Shown: positions 46,661-59,349 of the stretch, piece after piece
Position numbering within the stretch: the stretch's first letter is position 1
Layout of the letters: the number at the start of each line of letters is the position of its first letter
Source: Macrostomum lignano
Taxonomy: Eukaryota
Direction: 5' to 3'
DNA: 64,000 bases
Assembly (NCBI GenBank): GCA_002269645.1
Contig: NIVC01000754.1
Coordinates: 62,001 to 126,000, forward strand
Translations under genes and position numbers: made by a program
Notes under the pieces: generated by a model
What the model saw: the letters and a program-made list of their open reading frames with translations, nothing else
Database searches by the model: none
What the model was told of the DNA's origin: nothing

Positions 46661-48546
46661 CAAAGAACTGACGATATAAGTGTTTAGCAATGGTTTTTCT
46701 TTTAGGCTAAAGCATGCAAAACAATGTCTTCGAAACAAAAGATGACTATCGAAAAGGTCGCAATGTTGATTTTATTTTCGGCGTTAAATTCGCTGTTTAT
46801 ATAGTAATTTGGGTGAGGCAAGACGCGTTATTATTGGTAGGTACATATTAAAACAAATGATTTGCGAGTATTCTAACAAACCAGATTTAAAACAAACGAT
46901 AATAATTAAACAAAATACCTAGAAAATTGCTGATTGATTGAGATAAAAATGCGTGCATTACACTACTACTAGTTATATAATTGAAAAATATCCTGCCTCA
47001 GATGATAAAATAGATTCATTAAACCAAGGATTCGAGATGTGCCATGCATTTTAATGATTTTAGGTTTTAATGATGAAATGTACGTAGAAAAAAATAACAT
47101 AAAATCCTAATTTTCTGAACGAAGAGCTTTATGAATATCAATAGAGCTACAGAAAGGCACAACATATCAAAGTATAAACATTGGGCCTGCCTCTTATCGC
47201 AGGCAATAACAATTTTTGTGCTGAAAAAATGAAAACCTTTTATCTCCGTAGTGTATTTTTCGGCGAAAAGTGGCCTTTAATATTTTTTCCATGAAAGTTG
47301 AGTGTCGCGTCCTGTATATACGTTGTTTTAGTTGTCCTCGTTTCTTTTGTGACTTTCGTTAAAAGAAAATAGCAGGCTTTTTCCTGGCTTTTAAATTACC
47401 AAAATATTCATACCTGATGTCATGCTGCTGTGTCTTTTCCATAAGTTCCATGCTAAACAGTTTTATAAAATGGTCTTTGCAACTGTTATGGTGGTCGTTC
47501 TAGTGGTCCTTGATTGACCTGCGGATTAAAAAAGTAGAGCATAGGTAATGCTTTGCTAACTATGATGCATGTAGCAGGTTTTTCAACCATAATTAGAATT
47601 TCTTTACCTAGAAGATCGTGTAACAGCTTTTGGAACATTTGTAATAACTTTTGAAAATGCAAAAGGTAAGAACCGACTTCGCAATGTAAGTTTTCGCTTA
47701 ACGTTTAAAGCAAGTTTATTTGCATGCAATGATTCTTGCCACATGATTTTACATGCAACATCCTGTGATTTTAGTAGTCCTTGACTTCGTTCAGACGGCT
47801 CTATACAGGAGAATCTTAACAAGGGTCTCATTCGTTTATGTTAAGATATTGATGTATGCTATACCAAAGCGCAATATTCCTAAATATAGAATCCGGGTTG
47901 GCAGACAAGAAGTCGTAAAGTAAATGAATTCCTCAGATCAGCACAGTAACAAGGTATATAGTTAATATAAATTGTTTCTTAACTTCGGATACGCAACAAT
48001 ATGTACTCAGAGCACAAGTAGATGAAGAAAGTCAAGGAGAGGCTTAAGTTATTCACAGCAGGCATTATGCGCTCGCTTATAGAGTTTCAGACCAGTTTAC
48101 AATTTCGGCAGACTAGGATAATGTGCAAGGATATATCACATGTCATGCAATCTTTGCAACTTATTTAAGCAGAGTAAATGCTAGAGTATTTCAACAGATG
48201 CGGTCATGTTTAAGCTATCATACGTCCTATAGCTATCAGCTCCTGTACGTGTACATTGCAGCTTGTCTGTAACAGGACCTACGAGTTTTTAAGACAATCA
48301 ACAGCTTTATTTTCAGCTGATCCAAGCTCTTAAGCTGCATTTGCAGTGGTTGCGAAGTCCACTCAGTGGCTGTCGACAGAGCTATGCAAACTATAATCAT
48401 TTACATGTATCTAGTTTTTATTCTAATCTGAAAACAATTTTGTAATCCGAGTGTCCGAGATGTAGCTTGTAATTATTAAAAACATTTACGAAAAGTAGTA
48501 CAAGAGAATTTTATATTTCGTTTCAAAAAACCAAACCAATTTCTAT

Positions 48547-49178
48547 TGTGACGAATAAGGCGAATAAGACAGATTTGTGTAGCGGTTAATTTAGATAGTT
48601 AACGATTAGTTAGCAGATCGGCAAGCCGCTTCAACCCTTAGACTTTTGCTAGTGCTACTTAAAATTGCTGGATCACTTAATTAATTAATTGGTGTGCCAA
48701 GTTAGACGGCGGAAGAGTTGGTGTAAGGAGGCCAGACAGCGTCACAGCTAAGGGTTAGCGAGCCTAGGTCGAGAAGCGAAGCAAGGGGAAGGGCGAGAGC
48801 GGCTGCTGACTGTAGTGTAAGCATATATTTAAATGTAAACAGATAACAACAACACCCTTAATCCAAAACCCAGACAAACAACCCCCCACGCGGCGCGCAA
48901 TGTACATGTACAAATTAATCGATAAATATATCATGCAAGAATAACATCGCGTCAGTACATGTACATAGGTAGAACTACTTTACGATAAATAATAACTATA
49001 TGAATGAAATACAAATAATAGAATAAATACATACGAGGCTACAAAAACAAAGCAATTAACAGTAAAAATAGCGCGATAATAATACGTACGAATATTGTTA
49101 AAATAAATGAAAGAATACAGTATGCATATGAAAATAAAGAAATACGATACACGCGATTCTACGAATCACACTGTCACA
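48547..49178. mobile_element. Solo LTR (TGTGAC...GTCACA family), TSD CTAT
   Basis: TG..CA termini, CTAT on both flanks. Confidence 0.85.
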
Positions 49179-49420
49179 CTATCCTGCGGAAAAGTGTCTT
49201 AATTAGTGCAGAATCAAACCCAATCGAAAGTTTCTGGCCGCCCATTCGACTTCTCCATCAAGAGAAATTTTTTTGCAGGCTTGCACCATCAGAATGATCT
49301 TCCAAAAACGGGACAGAGTTCGCATAGCAGTTTCCTGTACGTTTGGGACACTTCTAACAGTTGCTATAACGCTCGTACGAATGAATTTTACCATGAGTAG
49401 TGAAAAATTTTAACGCAAAT

Positions 49421-51034
49421 AATATAGCATTTTGCAAGCTAGTAGAGACTACGAGCAAGCAGTTTAATCCGAGATAGCAAAAACATGCATTTTGAGCTCC
49501 ACTGCTAGTTGTCTATGGTAAAAAGTGTGTCAAACCAACAGCCAATTTAATCCTTGGAGCACCCATTTAAGCACTGAAATCCATAAACAGCGCTGTCTAT
49601 GCCGTTCCACTCTCAGTTTTTTCTGTCACGTTATTGGTGTGGTGACTGTAACCCTCAAAAGGGCCGTTTTGACGAGAATTACTTGTCACGTTAAGTCGTT
49701 GTAGTCCCAAATTAATTGTGAAGTCAAATTCTTGCGGAGCGGATTGTGTAGCGGAGCACTTGGCGTATAAAAGGCAGAGGACTGCCGTAAGCTGGTTTAT
49801 TGTCGTTATTAATATGGTTAATGTCAATACAAAGCTTATAGCGTTCTGGGGCACTGGCGGCTGCAACAACGGGTTGATGTAATTGAAATTATAAAGTCAA
49901 GTAGTTGACGAAGGATGCAGTGGCGACGCAACGTAGTAAGTGATGGCGGTGAGCACAGTGATGGCAGTGAGTAGCAAGTAGACAAGCAGACAAGTAGTGG
50001 CGAGATTGGGCGTTGGCCCGTGGCAGTACAAGGTGGAGCAAGAATGCGAAAAACAAGTCTGGCCCAGACGGAGTGGAGCCGTGGCGAGAGATAAGGAGAG
50101 AGAAGGAAAGGCGAAGCGAGCGACGAGGGAAAGAGGGAACGAGAGACGAGGGGAAGAGCGTGAAAACCCCCAGCCAGCCGCCAGGCGGGGTTAATAAAGT
50201 AGCGCAGGAAGGTTAGCATAATATATGCGGAGAGTTATCATTGGCTGGCGGGGGAAAAACAAGAAACAGAAATTATCGATCGCGCGAGACCCTACAGCCG
50301 TACGCAAAGATTACAAAGTACGCAGTGATTTAGCAAGTGATACAGATTCGCTGGGCGCTACTACAAGTAAACGTGAGAATACAAGACTGGAGAATGTTAA
50401 ATGAGAAATTGTAGAGGAATTGTAGTCCAACGGCCCTTTTGCGGGACCACCTTAAACTGGTAACGTCACATTTCAACATGTCAGACGAAAGTGACCAAGC
50501 CAGCACCCATTTTTGAAGACAGTGAAACATCTAGCAGTCGGAGCGCCACCTGTGCAATATGCTAAGATTAGCGACAAAAAGCATAGATTGATAATCGACG
50601 CTATCGACAGAGATGATAACAACAGAAGCATTGCCAACTTAGCACGCAGGCAAGAATTCGCACAGGCTGCATCGCTGTGGAGTTGATTACGAGTATGTAA
50701 CTTACTGAAGTCCAAACGTACATGCAAAAACTTTTCTGTCGTGTCTTTTTTATATGCAGGTTTCGTTAAGTGAACTTTTTTGCTGAACCTTGTTCTGCGT
50801 CGTAACTTTTCATATGGAGCTTCCTGGTTGGTTTCGTTGGAGGCATGCATGAATTAAATGGAAACCCGAGCATTATAGTGCTTAAATGAGTGCTCCAAGG
50901 ATTAAATTGCCTGCCGGTTTTTACACACTTTTTACCATAGACAACTAGCAGTGAGGCTCAAAATGCATGTGTTTTTGCTATCTCGGATTAAATTGCTTGC
51001 TCGTAGTCTCTACTAGCTTGGAAAATGCTATATT
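49421..51034. mobile_element. Non-autonomous TIR element (about 155-bp TIRs)
   Basis: 49421-~49577 is the reverse complement of ~50877-51034 (AATATAGCATTTT.CAAGCTAGTAGAGACTACGAGC...); no transposase recognised inside. Confidence 0.75.
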
Positions 51035-51288
51035 CGCGAAAGTACGAGCGTCTGTAGCTTTGCTTGCAAGTTGATGCGTATGAGTACAATGAGCCGAAGT
51101 ACAGAATGCAAATGCTTTCCATTTTCATTAATAGTGTATTTGCTCACATGCAAAAGTGCACGAATTTCTTTAAAGCCAATGACTATTTAACAATTAAACA
51201 ATACTCATATTTCATCACATATCCCAACAATTCAGCTTGAGCTAAGGCTTTTAATAAAGCATAGACGATGCATTGCATCTTTCTCATG

Positions 51289-51669
51289 GATGAATGAATA
51301 GAATGGATTGCTATTCTGGCTCTGGCTATTTTCGTTTTTGACTCTTTTGCATCCGGTTCCCCCCGTGCCTTTTCATTGGTTGATGATTGCCATAGACAAT
51401 TTTCGGCCTTCGCCCCTTTCTTTCGATGCACAAGCGCTTTCGCTCGTGTTTTGAAATAAAGGGGGAAGACCTACGAGCGCTCGATATTCTCTGCAAGTAA
51501 CTGACATTCTCAGTTCTTTGCGCTTGTGCTTCGAAAGAAAGGGGCGAAGGCCGAAAATTGTCTATGGCAATCATCAACCAATGAAAAGGCACGGGGGGGA
51601 ACCGGATGCAAAAGAGTCAAAAACGAAAATAGCCAGAGCCAGAATAGCAATCCATTCTATTCATTCATC
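51289..51669. mobile_element. Fold-back MITE with about 150-bp near-perfect TIRs, CATG flanks
   Basis: GATGAATGAATAGAATGG...CCATTCTATTCATTCATC, with CATG on both sides. Confidence 0.8.
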
Positions 51670-52714
51670 CATGGTCTTTTTACACAACCTTGTGATTTTT
51701 TACATGCAACCTAATGTGATTTTAGTAATCCTTGACTTTGTGCAGACGGCTCTATGTAGGAGAATCTTAACGAGGGTCTCATTCGTTAATGTGGTGAAGA
51801 TATTGATGTATGCTATACCAATGCACAACATTCCTCTAGTTGGAATGAGGATTGACAGATAAGAAGTCGTAATGGAAACAGCTGCAGCTGTGTTTGCGCT
51901 AAGTTGAACAGCTCCCTATAGCTCGTACTCCCGATGCAGTTTGAGAGCTGCATGTAGGATTGCTGAGCATATTGAGAACTGGAGATGCGATACAGTGGGT
52001 AGTCAAAATAATTAGCTAGCACACCTCCCACTACAGTTTCTACTCAATGGGTCTCTTAAGTAAATGGATACCTGTCAATAAAATCGGAGGCCTGTCTTTC
52101 CACAGTTTGCTGATACTGGATGCCAAACCCTGTTGGGACTAAAAAAATTGCATACACAGCTGTTCCCACTGGCAATCAAAATGATAGCGGGAGCCGCGCA
52201 AACACATCTGCAACTGATTCTCTTCAATACTGGCATCCTGATACAGACAGTCAAGCTGCACAAAGTACACGCACGAACAAAAGAGGGAGATGGTTTCTGA
52301 ACCTACGATAGAAAAATATTGTTGAATCTCCTTGCGTATCGATTGAGCTAGTTGCACACAATCCAACTCTGCGAATGTCGGTTCAATCCAGCAAATCAAG
52401 GTATTATTCTACACAAATTATTCCTTAACATGCAGCTGTAAGATCAGACATCTCTAATAGTGTGAAATTCTTAGGCTGTTCAAATTCAAATGCATCACTG
52501 AGAGCTAACAATAAAACGACTACAGTCTTTTTCATGTATTAATTAGTTAAAACATTACTTTTCTCTTTAAAACAAATTACTCAATAAATTGATGCTAGCA
52601 CAGATATCTCTATAAAGTGAAGCTCCATTGTTTTCAAGATAAAGATATGTTTTCAGATTCTCTGTAAAAATCCAGTTTTGATAAACGATGCCAATCGGTT
52701 AATAAGTCAGCACT

Positions 52715-53635
52715 TCATCCACGCACGAAGAAGTCTCCATCGGTGCTGCTCAGACTGGCAGGCGGGTAGGCGAACCTCAGCAGGTGGCACAGGCGCTGCT
52801 GGCCAGAGAAAATCACAGCCTGGCAGTCAGCTGAGGCCTCGCACGGGATCAGGCAGTCCAGAGCTGTTTGGGCGGCGATGCTCCAGGAGGTCGGCAGGGT
52901 CGACGAGACCGTGAGGCTGGGCATCTGCGACTGCTTGAAGCAGCTTCGCTCTGAAGCAAACAAAACGGGGCTACTTTAGTTGAAGCCTCTCGCTAAAACA
53001 GAAACGTTCCCATCAGTGAGCTCGTTTTTAAGCTGCTCGTTTATACTGCAAGTATAGGCTTCCAGACATCAGTCATAAACTCAAACTCAAACTGCATGTT
53101 TCTTTGCAAACATCATTGATGTCATTTTGTCCTGAACTCGCGTTTTAATTCATCACTTAACTGCTTAAGCGGCGACAAAAATTGAGCCACCAATTCTTAT
53201 TCAGTGTAAGATAAACTCACTCGGGTATTTCAGAGCGAACACCGAATTTCGAAAAAAGCTTCCGCAGATCTGGCTGGAGTTTCCGTTGCAAGTCATGTTG
53301 CAGTCGCTTTCCTTGGCTGGTCCGATCGAGCCGTAGTCCCAGCTGCAGAAACAGGCCTTTGAGTACTGCAACCCGAAGTACGGGAAGCCGCCAAGTGCGC
53401 AGAAGCTGCTGCAGAAGTCCCAACTCATGCTGCCGCTCGATACCCATGAGGTTGAAACGGAGATTTTGCCTACGCTTTCAATTCCCGATAAGCCTCTCAT
53501 GTCCCTGGCGCTGTTGTCCATGAAGCAGCCAATGTAGGAGACTTGAATGACTCGACCAGCGGTGACGTCAATGACGAGCAGGAGAGAGCAGCAGGCAGCT
53601 GCCAAGATTGCTGGGCGATAGCCAAGAGGAGACAT
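52715..53635 (-). CDS. WSC-PAN copy G; exons 53221-53635 and 52715-52950
   Basis: Intact frame, canonical splice sites, TATA near 53680. Confidence 0.9.
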
Positions 53636-53820
53636 CTTGGTCTCTTCTTCTAGAGCAGAGAACTCTTTCGTCACTGATTTATATACTACAAACTGATACG
53701 CTGCTTTTGGGCGTGAATCAAACCTTTTTCTTGAATTCCTTCATCTACTACTGCTCTGAGTAGTGCTGATCGCGTTTTCAAATAGAAATTGTCATTAGGT
53801 GTATTCGAAGTACGCGCCTA

Positions 53821-53950
53821 CTTACTTACTTACTACTGACGGGGGGCGCAGGCGCCGCGATTAGGCCGCGAGGCCCCTACAGCAACCCAAGGTAAAAGAG
53901 CACAAGGATTAACCTTGGGGGTGCAGCCGGTCCCCGCCAGGTCCCCTGCA
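53821..53950 (-). mobile_element. 130-bp LINE 3'-end stub (same family as 40193-42516) between 217-bp direct repeats
   Basis: Matches 40193-40310; flanked by repeats 53604-53820 and 53951-54167. Confidence 0.9.
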
Positions 53951-56457
53951 AAGATTGCTCGGCGATAGCCAAGAGGAGACATCTTGGTCTCTTCTTCTAG
54001 AGCAGAGAACTCTTTCGTCACTGATTTATATACTACAACCTGATACGCTGCTTTTGGGCGTGAATCAAACCCTTTTCTTAAATTCCTTCATCTACTACTG
54101 CTCTGAGTAGTGCTGATCGCGTGTCCAAATTGAAATTGTCATTGGGTGTATTCGAAGTACGCGCCTAACCAGAAATATTTCATTGATAAATATTTTTGCA
54201 CTTGTTATTAACTTGAAGCTAAACCTAAGCACAAGCATGAAGCATTATATAATAAGCATTACCCCAGCCCACAAATATCTGTCGACTGATAAATACAAAG
54301 ATCTCACGCTAGAAGTTGATCACACCCAAGCTCTTGTGACCAAAGTAAACATGGGAAAATTTCACTGGATGAGTTCTTCAGCTTCTTTTTAGAACGACAA
54401 GCCGGCGTCTCAGCACAATCTTTTCATGTGGCGGAGCAGATCTGACTGGAGAAGACCAAAGCAGCCAGATCCGGTATTATGTCAAATAAAGCGATTGACC
54501 GAGTAATGCTGGAGAGTGCACCTGTGACGACGAGAAAAAAAGACCGATTGGGGCATGACTGTTTTAACGGCGTGACACGAAGTCAAGAAAGCTGCCTGGG
54601 CTCGTAGTGAAGCTTCCGGTTTAATGGTGCTCAGGGACTACGAAGAAATGACGAGAGGCTCCCGGTGATCAGCAGACTGTTCGGGTCGCTATGGTCATTC
54701 AGGAGATGGCTGGTGAACCAAGAGGTAAGAAAATGAGAATTGAAACCGATGGAGCAAGCAACAAAGTTGTGTTTCCTTAACTAAAAAGTTTTAATTTGCC
54801 ATAAAATGTTAAAATTAACTTAACTTTGTGGTTTTGTTGCTGCTATTATAAAACGGTTGTCATCAAAACAAAATAAATTGTCATCTTTTAATTTTGCACC
54901 AAAAAATAATGGCCGGGATAATTAAATAATAAATCTATGGCCCAGTCGATTTAATTTTCGTCTTCTTTTTTTGGCTCGGCCATGCCGTGGATTAAATTTT
55001 AGACATCCATTCTTAGCCCAACAATTCAAATAAAAAACTTTGGTGCTATACAGTACGTCGGGTCGTAAGTTTCGTACTTGTAAAGTTACCACTCAATAAT
55101 ATGCCTCTTAAGATACGGAATTTCAAGAAAAACCGTGGCCTCCCATTCCATAGTGTACTTTGCATTGTACTTATGCAAAACTTTGCATAGCGTAATTCAG
55201 TATTGGGTTCCATTTTTGTGCTTCACATAAGCTCGTACTAAAATGAATGTCTTTATTTTGTTATGCTTCACTGAAGCGGACAAACTTACACAGTGGCAAT
55301 GCAATTTCATCTATTTCGCCGAATATTGTCTATTTTGACTTTAGATAGCCGGCTCACCTATATTGACTTTCAGGTGCCTTTTAACGTATTAAAAATAGCT
55401 ATGAAAATTATTAGAACTATAAAAAAGTATTAAAACTTTTCTCCAAAACAAGTGATTCAATAATCATCAATGATTCCATAATTACCACACAGATAGCCCC
55501 ATAAAGTGAAGCCACGTTGTTTTCAAGCTTAAAACATGTTTTCACATTCTCTAAAAAATCAAATTTTTTAAAAATAATGCCAATCCGTCTATTAGTCAGC
55601 ACTGCATCCGCTTACAAAAACCAGATTTAATGCCGATCTATGATGTGAGATGTCGTCACCTTTAAGTGTCTCAAGACTGATCTGGGACTTCACCGTGAAG
55701 AATTAAGCGCCGAATGAGCCCTCTATGTTGATGTAATCGTCCCCACTGGCACGCAACGGTCGGTTGAATTAAGAGAGAAAAATCTAGTTTAGTCAGCTTG
55801 ATTCTCGCAGGACTCTAGCATATGGAACGCATCGATAGAAATAGACCGATTTCCCATCCGAAAAATATATCAAGGTTATTAATTAAACTTATAGAGGAAG
55901 ACAGCGTCAGGTTAAGGATCCTGGATACAGGTACTTCATTGGTGTAGCAGCTGTCAGATCGGCCAGCCGCCCCTCCCTTGTGGCTGGCGAATATGGCGCG
56001 ACTCTTCCTTTGCCCTAAAAAAGGTCCTCAAAATCCTCACCGGACTAAGTTTTCTCAATATGACGCCCCTCCAGTGTATTATGGTACGCCACTTAATGAT
56101 TAAAATCCCCCAATTTAAATTTCAAAATAAGCTCGCCTGACCAAAGTGCCTTTTCGTATTTTGAACCACCCGCTAACGAAATGCAATGATAGGCCATCAT
56201 CAGACGACTTTCTTCTTAGAAAATACCCTAGAAAATGGAATAGCCTTCGAACACCGGCTGTCGCAATTTAGAGTTGGACACGCAGTCAGCACTACTCAAA
56301 GCAGCAGTAGATGAAGGAAGTCAATAAAAAGTTTGATTCGCGCCCAAAAAGCCTATACGTCTGTAGTATATAAAAGCAGTGACGAAAGATTTCTAGCTCT
56401 AAACTAAGAGACGAACAAACTAATAACAACAACAAACTAAGAGACGAAGAGACCAAA

Positions 56458-58095
56458 ATGTCTTCTTTTAGCAGTCGCCCGGCAGTCTTGGCAGCAGCCT
56501 GCTGCTCTCTCCTGCTGGTCATTGGCGTCACCGCTGCTCGAGTCATTCAAGTCTCCTACATTGGCTGCTTCATGGACAACAGCGCCAGGGACATGAGAGG
56601 CTTATCGGGAATCAAAAGCGTCGGCGAAATCTCCGTTTCGGATCCAAGAGTAATAAGCCGCAGCACGAGTCGGGAGTTCTGCAGCAGCTTCTGCGCACTT
56701 GGCGGCTTCCCGTACTTCGGGTTGCAGAACGCATGGGCCTGTTTCTGCAGCTGGGACTTCGGCTCACTTGGACCTGCCGAAGAAAGCGACTGCAACATGA
56801 CTTGCAACGGAAACTCAAGCCAGATGTGTGGAGGCCCTTGGCGAAATTCGGTGTTCGCTCTGACCTACCGAGTGAGTTTGCATGCACTCAGATTGCACTT
56901 AGTCAGAATTGGTGTCTCATTACTTGTAACCACTCAAGCAGTCAAGTGATGAATTGGAAACATGAGTTCATTAGAAAATACAACAATGATCAGTTACTGT
57001 TTAGGCCTTATTTGAATATTAAATTTGTAGTAAGACACTAGATTAACTGTTAGGTGTCTCCCTCTAGTCAGCAGCTTCCGTTGCCGCTGGGCACGGCTCC
57101 ACTTTTCTGTCTGCCTCCTCCCTGCTTGCCCCATCCGCTCTTTGTTCTGTTTTGCAGCCACTGAGCAGCCTGGCCTGTGTTCGTTTTCTTTTGCTGTTGC
57201 TTTCTTTCTTTTTCTGTTCTCTTCGTTCTGCGTGCAGCGGCTCGCCTTTTCCGTTCTGTTTTCTTGGAGTCCAAAGTGCAGTTAACACCTATACTATACT
57301 GCACAGATTGGTCCATGCTTACGACTAAACTCACTTTCCCGGCACCTTTGCCTCACTAGCAGCTCAGAAAATACCACAGTGGAAAAGACTTAGGTAAAAA
57401 TTGACGTCGCATAGACACCGCATCACGCAATATCTTGTTTGCTCTGGCGCAATGTAGTTATTTAAGTAAGGCTTTAAGTATGGACCCCTCAGCCGTGTTT
57501 CTGTCACAGCTTCAAATTTTCCAAGTCTCCAAACTCTCTCAGTTTCGTAATTTGCCTCAATTTCTGACAATAACATTGTTCTGAATCATTTCTCATCCTA
57601 AACTCACAAGACCATTAAGTCTGCTCTGAGACTAACAATGCAATCCTTAGTCGTCCCACTGAGCCCGCTGATGGATCTGCTGATTAGTTGTTGGAGTCGT
57701 AAATTTGCACGAAGTGCTGTGTCCGCTCGCCTTGCCTATTTTGTTCCAACGGGATCCTCGCTTCACCGAAGACTGAGACCTAATTGAGTAGCTTTAGAAA
57801 CCGACTTCAACGTTCGAGGTAGATTTTTAACTAAATTTAACTACGTTTGTTTGCTTCAGAGCGGAGCTGCTTCAAGCAGTCGCAGATGTCCAGTCTCAAC
57901 GTCTTGTCGACTCTGCCGACCTCCTGGAGCATCGCCGCCCAAACAGCTCTGGACTGCCTGATCCCGTGCGAGGCCTCAGCTGACTGCCAGGCTGTGATTT
58001 TCTCTGGCCAGCAGCGCCTGTGCCACCTGCTGAGGTTCGCCTACCCGCCTGCCAGTCTGAGCAGCACCGATGGAGACTACTTAGTTCGCGGCTGA
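56458..58095 (+). pseudogene. WSC-PAN copy H; exons 56458-56871 and 57860-58095; 1-nt deletion puts PAN out of frame
   Basis: Exon 1 is 414 nt (TACCGA instead of TACCCGA); intron enlarged by insertions. Confidence 0.8.
57048..57287. repeat. Short pyrimidine-rich LTR-like insertion in the intron of copy H
   Basis: TGTTA...TAACA ends; shares CTAGTCAGC and GTCCAAAGTGCA with 61639-62020; no TSD found. Confidence 0.4.
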
Positions 58096-59097
58096 GTCTG
58101 CTGGAAGCACGAATGTTTAAGAAAACTTTCAATAACATTTATTGTACTGCTCATCTGACACTAAGAAAAAAGAATCCCTGTACACCTCTTTGGGGAATTT
58201 GGGACTTTGCGACTTCGTATTGGAGCATTTGATTCCCACTTAACTCCAAACTGACAGCCAAGAAAGGGTCGCATGTGGGGCAGGGCGAGGACAAAAGTTC
58301 AAGCGCAGAGGCGGGTCATGGCTTGAGCAAGTCGCAACTGGCGTTGGCACGCATACAAGATGTCAGTCATCTATTTGAGTAGTAAAACTGGTTTGCCCCG
58401 AAAAACTACACTTTCTCGTGGCTGTTCGAGCACAATTTCTAGTGCTGTGAATTGTGATAGTTATGGACTCAATCAAATTCTCCCACATCAAAAGAATTGA
58501 AAGGCATAAAACACTACAGCAAAGATTTTATTCTGTTTAAGAAGCTGCCATTCAAGAGCAAAGCCCTTGTTTCTGCTACCATCAAGTCAGCAAAAAACTT
58601 TTTTGAGTTCACTTTTGAGTGCGCAGTGCGCTATGATGAGAACCATGCAAGCTGTTCCGCTTTATTTATCACTGAGTCTGGTGAAGCCCTGACAACTGAT
58701 AGATGAGACTGCAAGGATGCGATGCAAATTCGGCGCATTGTTTCAGGTTTGAAGCAGCTCTGAATAGAAATATACTGACTGTAAGAAGAGTTCAACATAT
58801 TTTTCGAATCTTATAGTCATGTGAGCACAGAAGTAAAGCTTTAACGCGGCTTAAAAGCCTTGCTGAATGATTGACAGGAAGGAGTGAAGTAGTTTTCTGG
58901 CCATAATTTTCTTTTTGCAAAGTAGCAAAAAACTCAAGCACTAAATTTCATAGATGCGGTGGTTTGTCCACTATTTTCCATTCGTTTTGGCGGAATTCGG
59001 TTTTAAGCCTGGATTTAAATAGACGATGAACACTATATCAGATTATTTGCTGCCATGCTATAGATGTCAGGCTGGTACAACTAATTTAGTCTCCTAT

Positions 59098-59349
59098 CAG
59101 GGGTGACAAAACTCTGGCCCATGGGATGCATGCGGCACTCGGGTCCTTTGAAACTTCACAATGGCAATCCGGTCTGCTCAAAGTTTTTGTCTCTTCTCAG
59201 CTCTCTTCTTTCCTCTCTCCTCTCATCTTTTTTCTCCTCTTTTCTTTCTCCCTCTTTGATCTCTTCTCTCCTTTCCTCGCTCAACTGACCCGGCAGTATG
59301 AGTTAGATTTTTTATCTGTCCCTTGAAGCAAAAGCATTGCCGAACCCTG
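59098..59349 (+). mobile_element. hAT/Charlie-like MITE, paralogous insertion to 18358-18685
   Basis: CAGGGGTGACAAAAC..ATGCGGC start, ATTGCCGAACCCTG end, same flanking host sequence. Confidence 0.65.

Noticed and set aside
54390-54720. Coding-like fragment
   Set aside because: Stops in the frames examined and no recognisable motif; unresolved TE debris.
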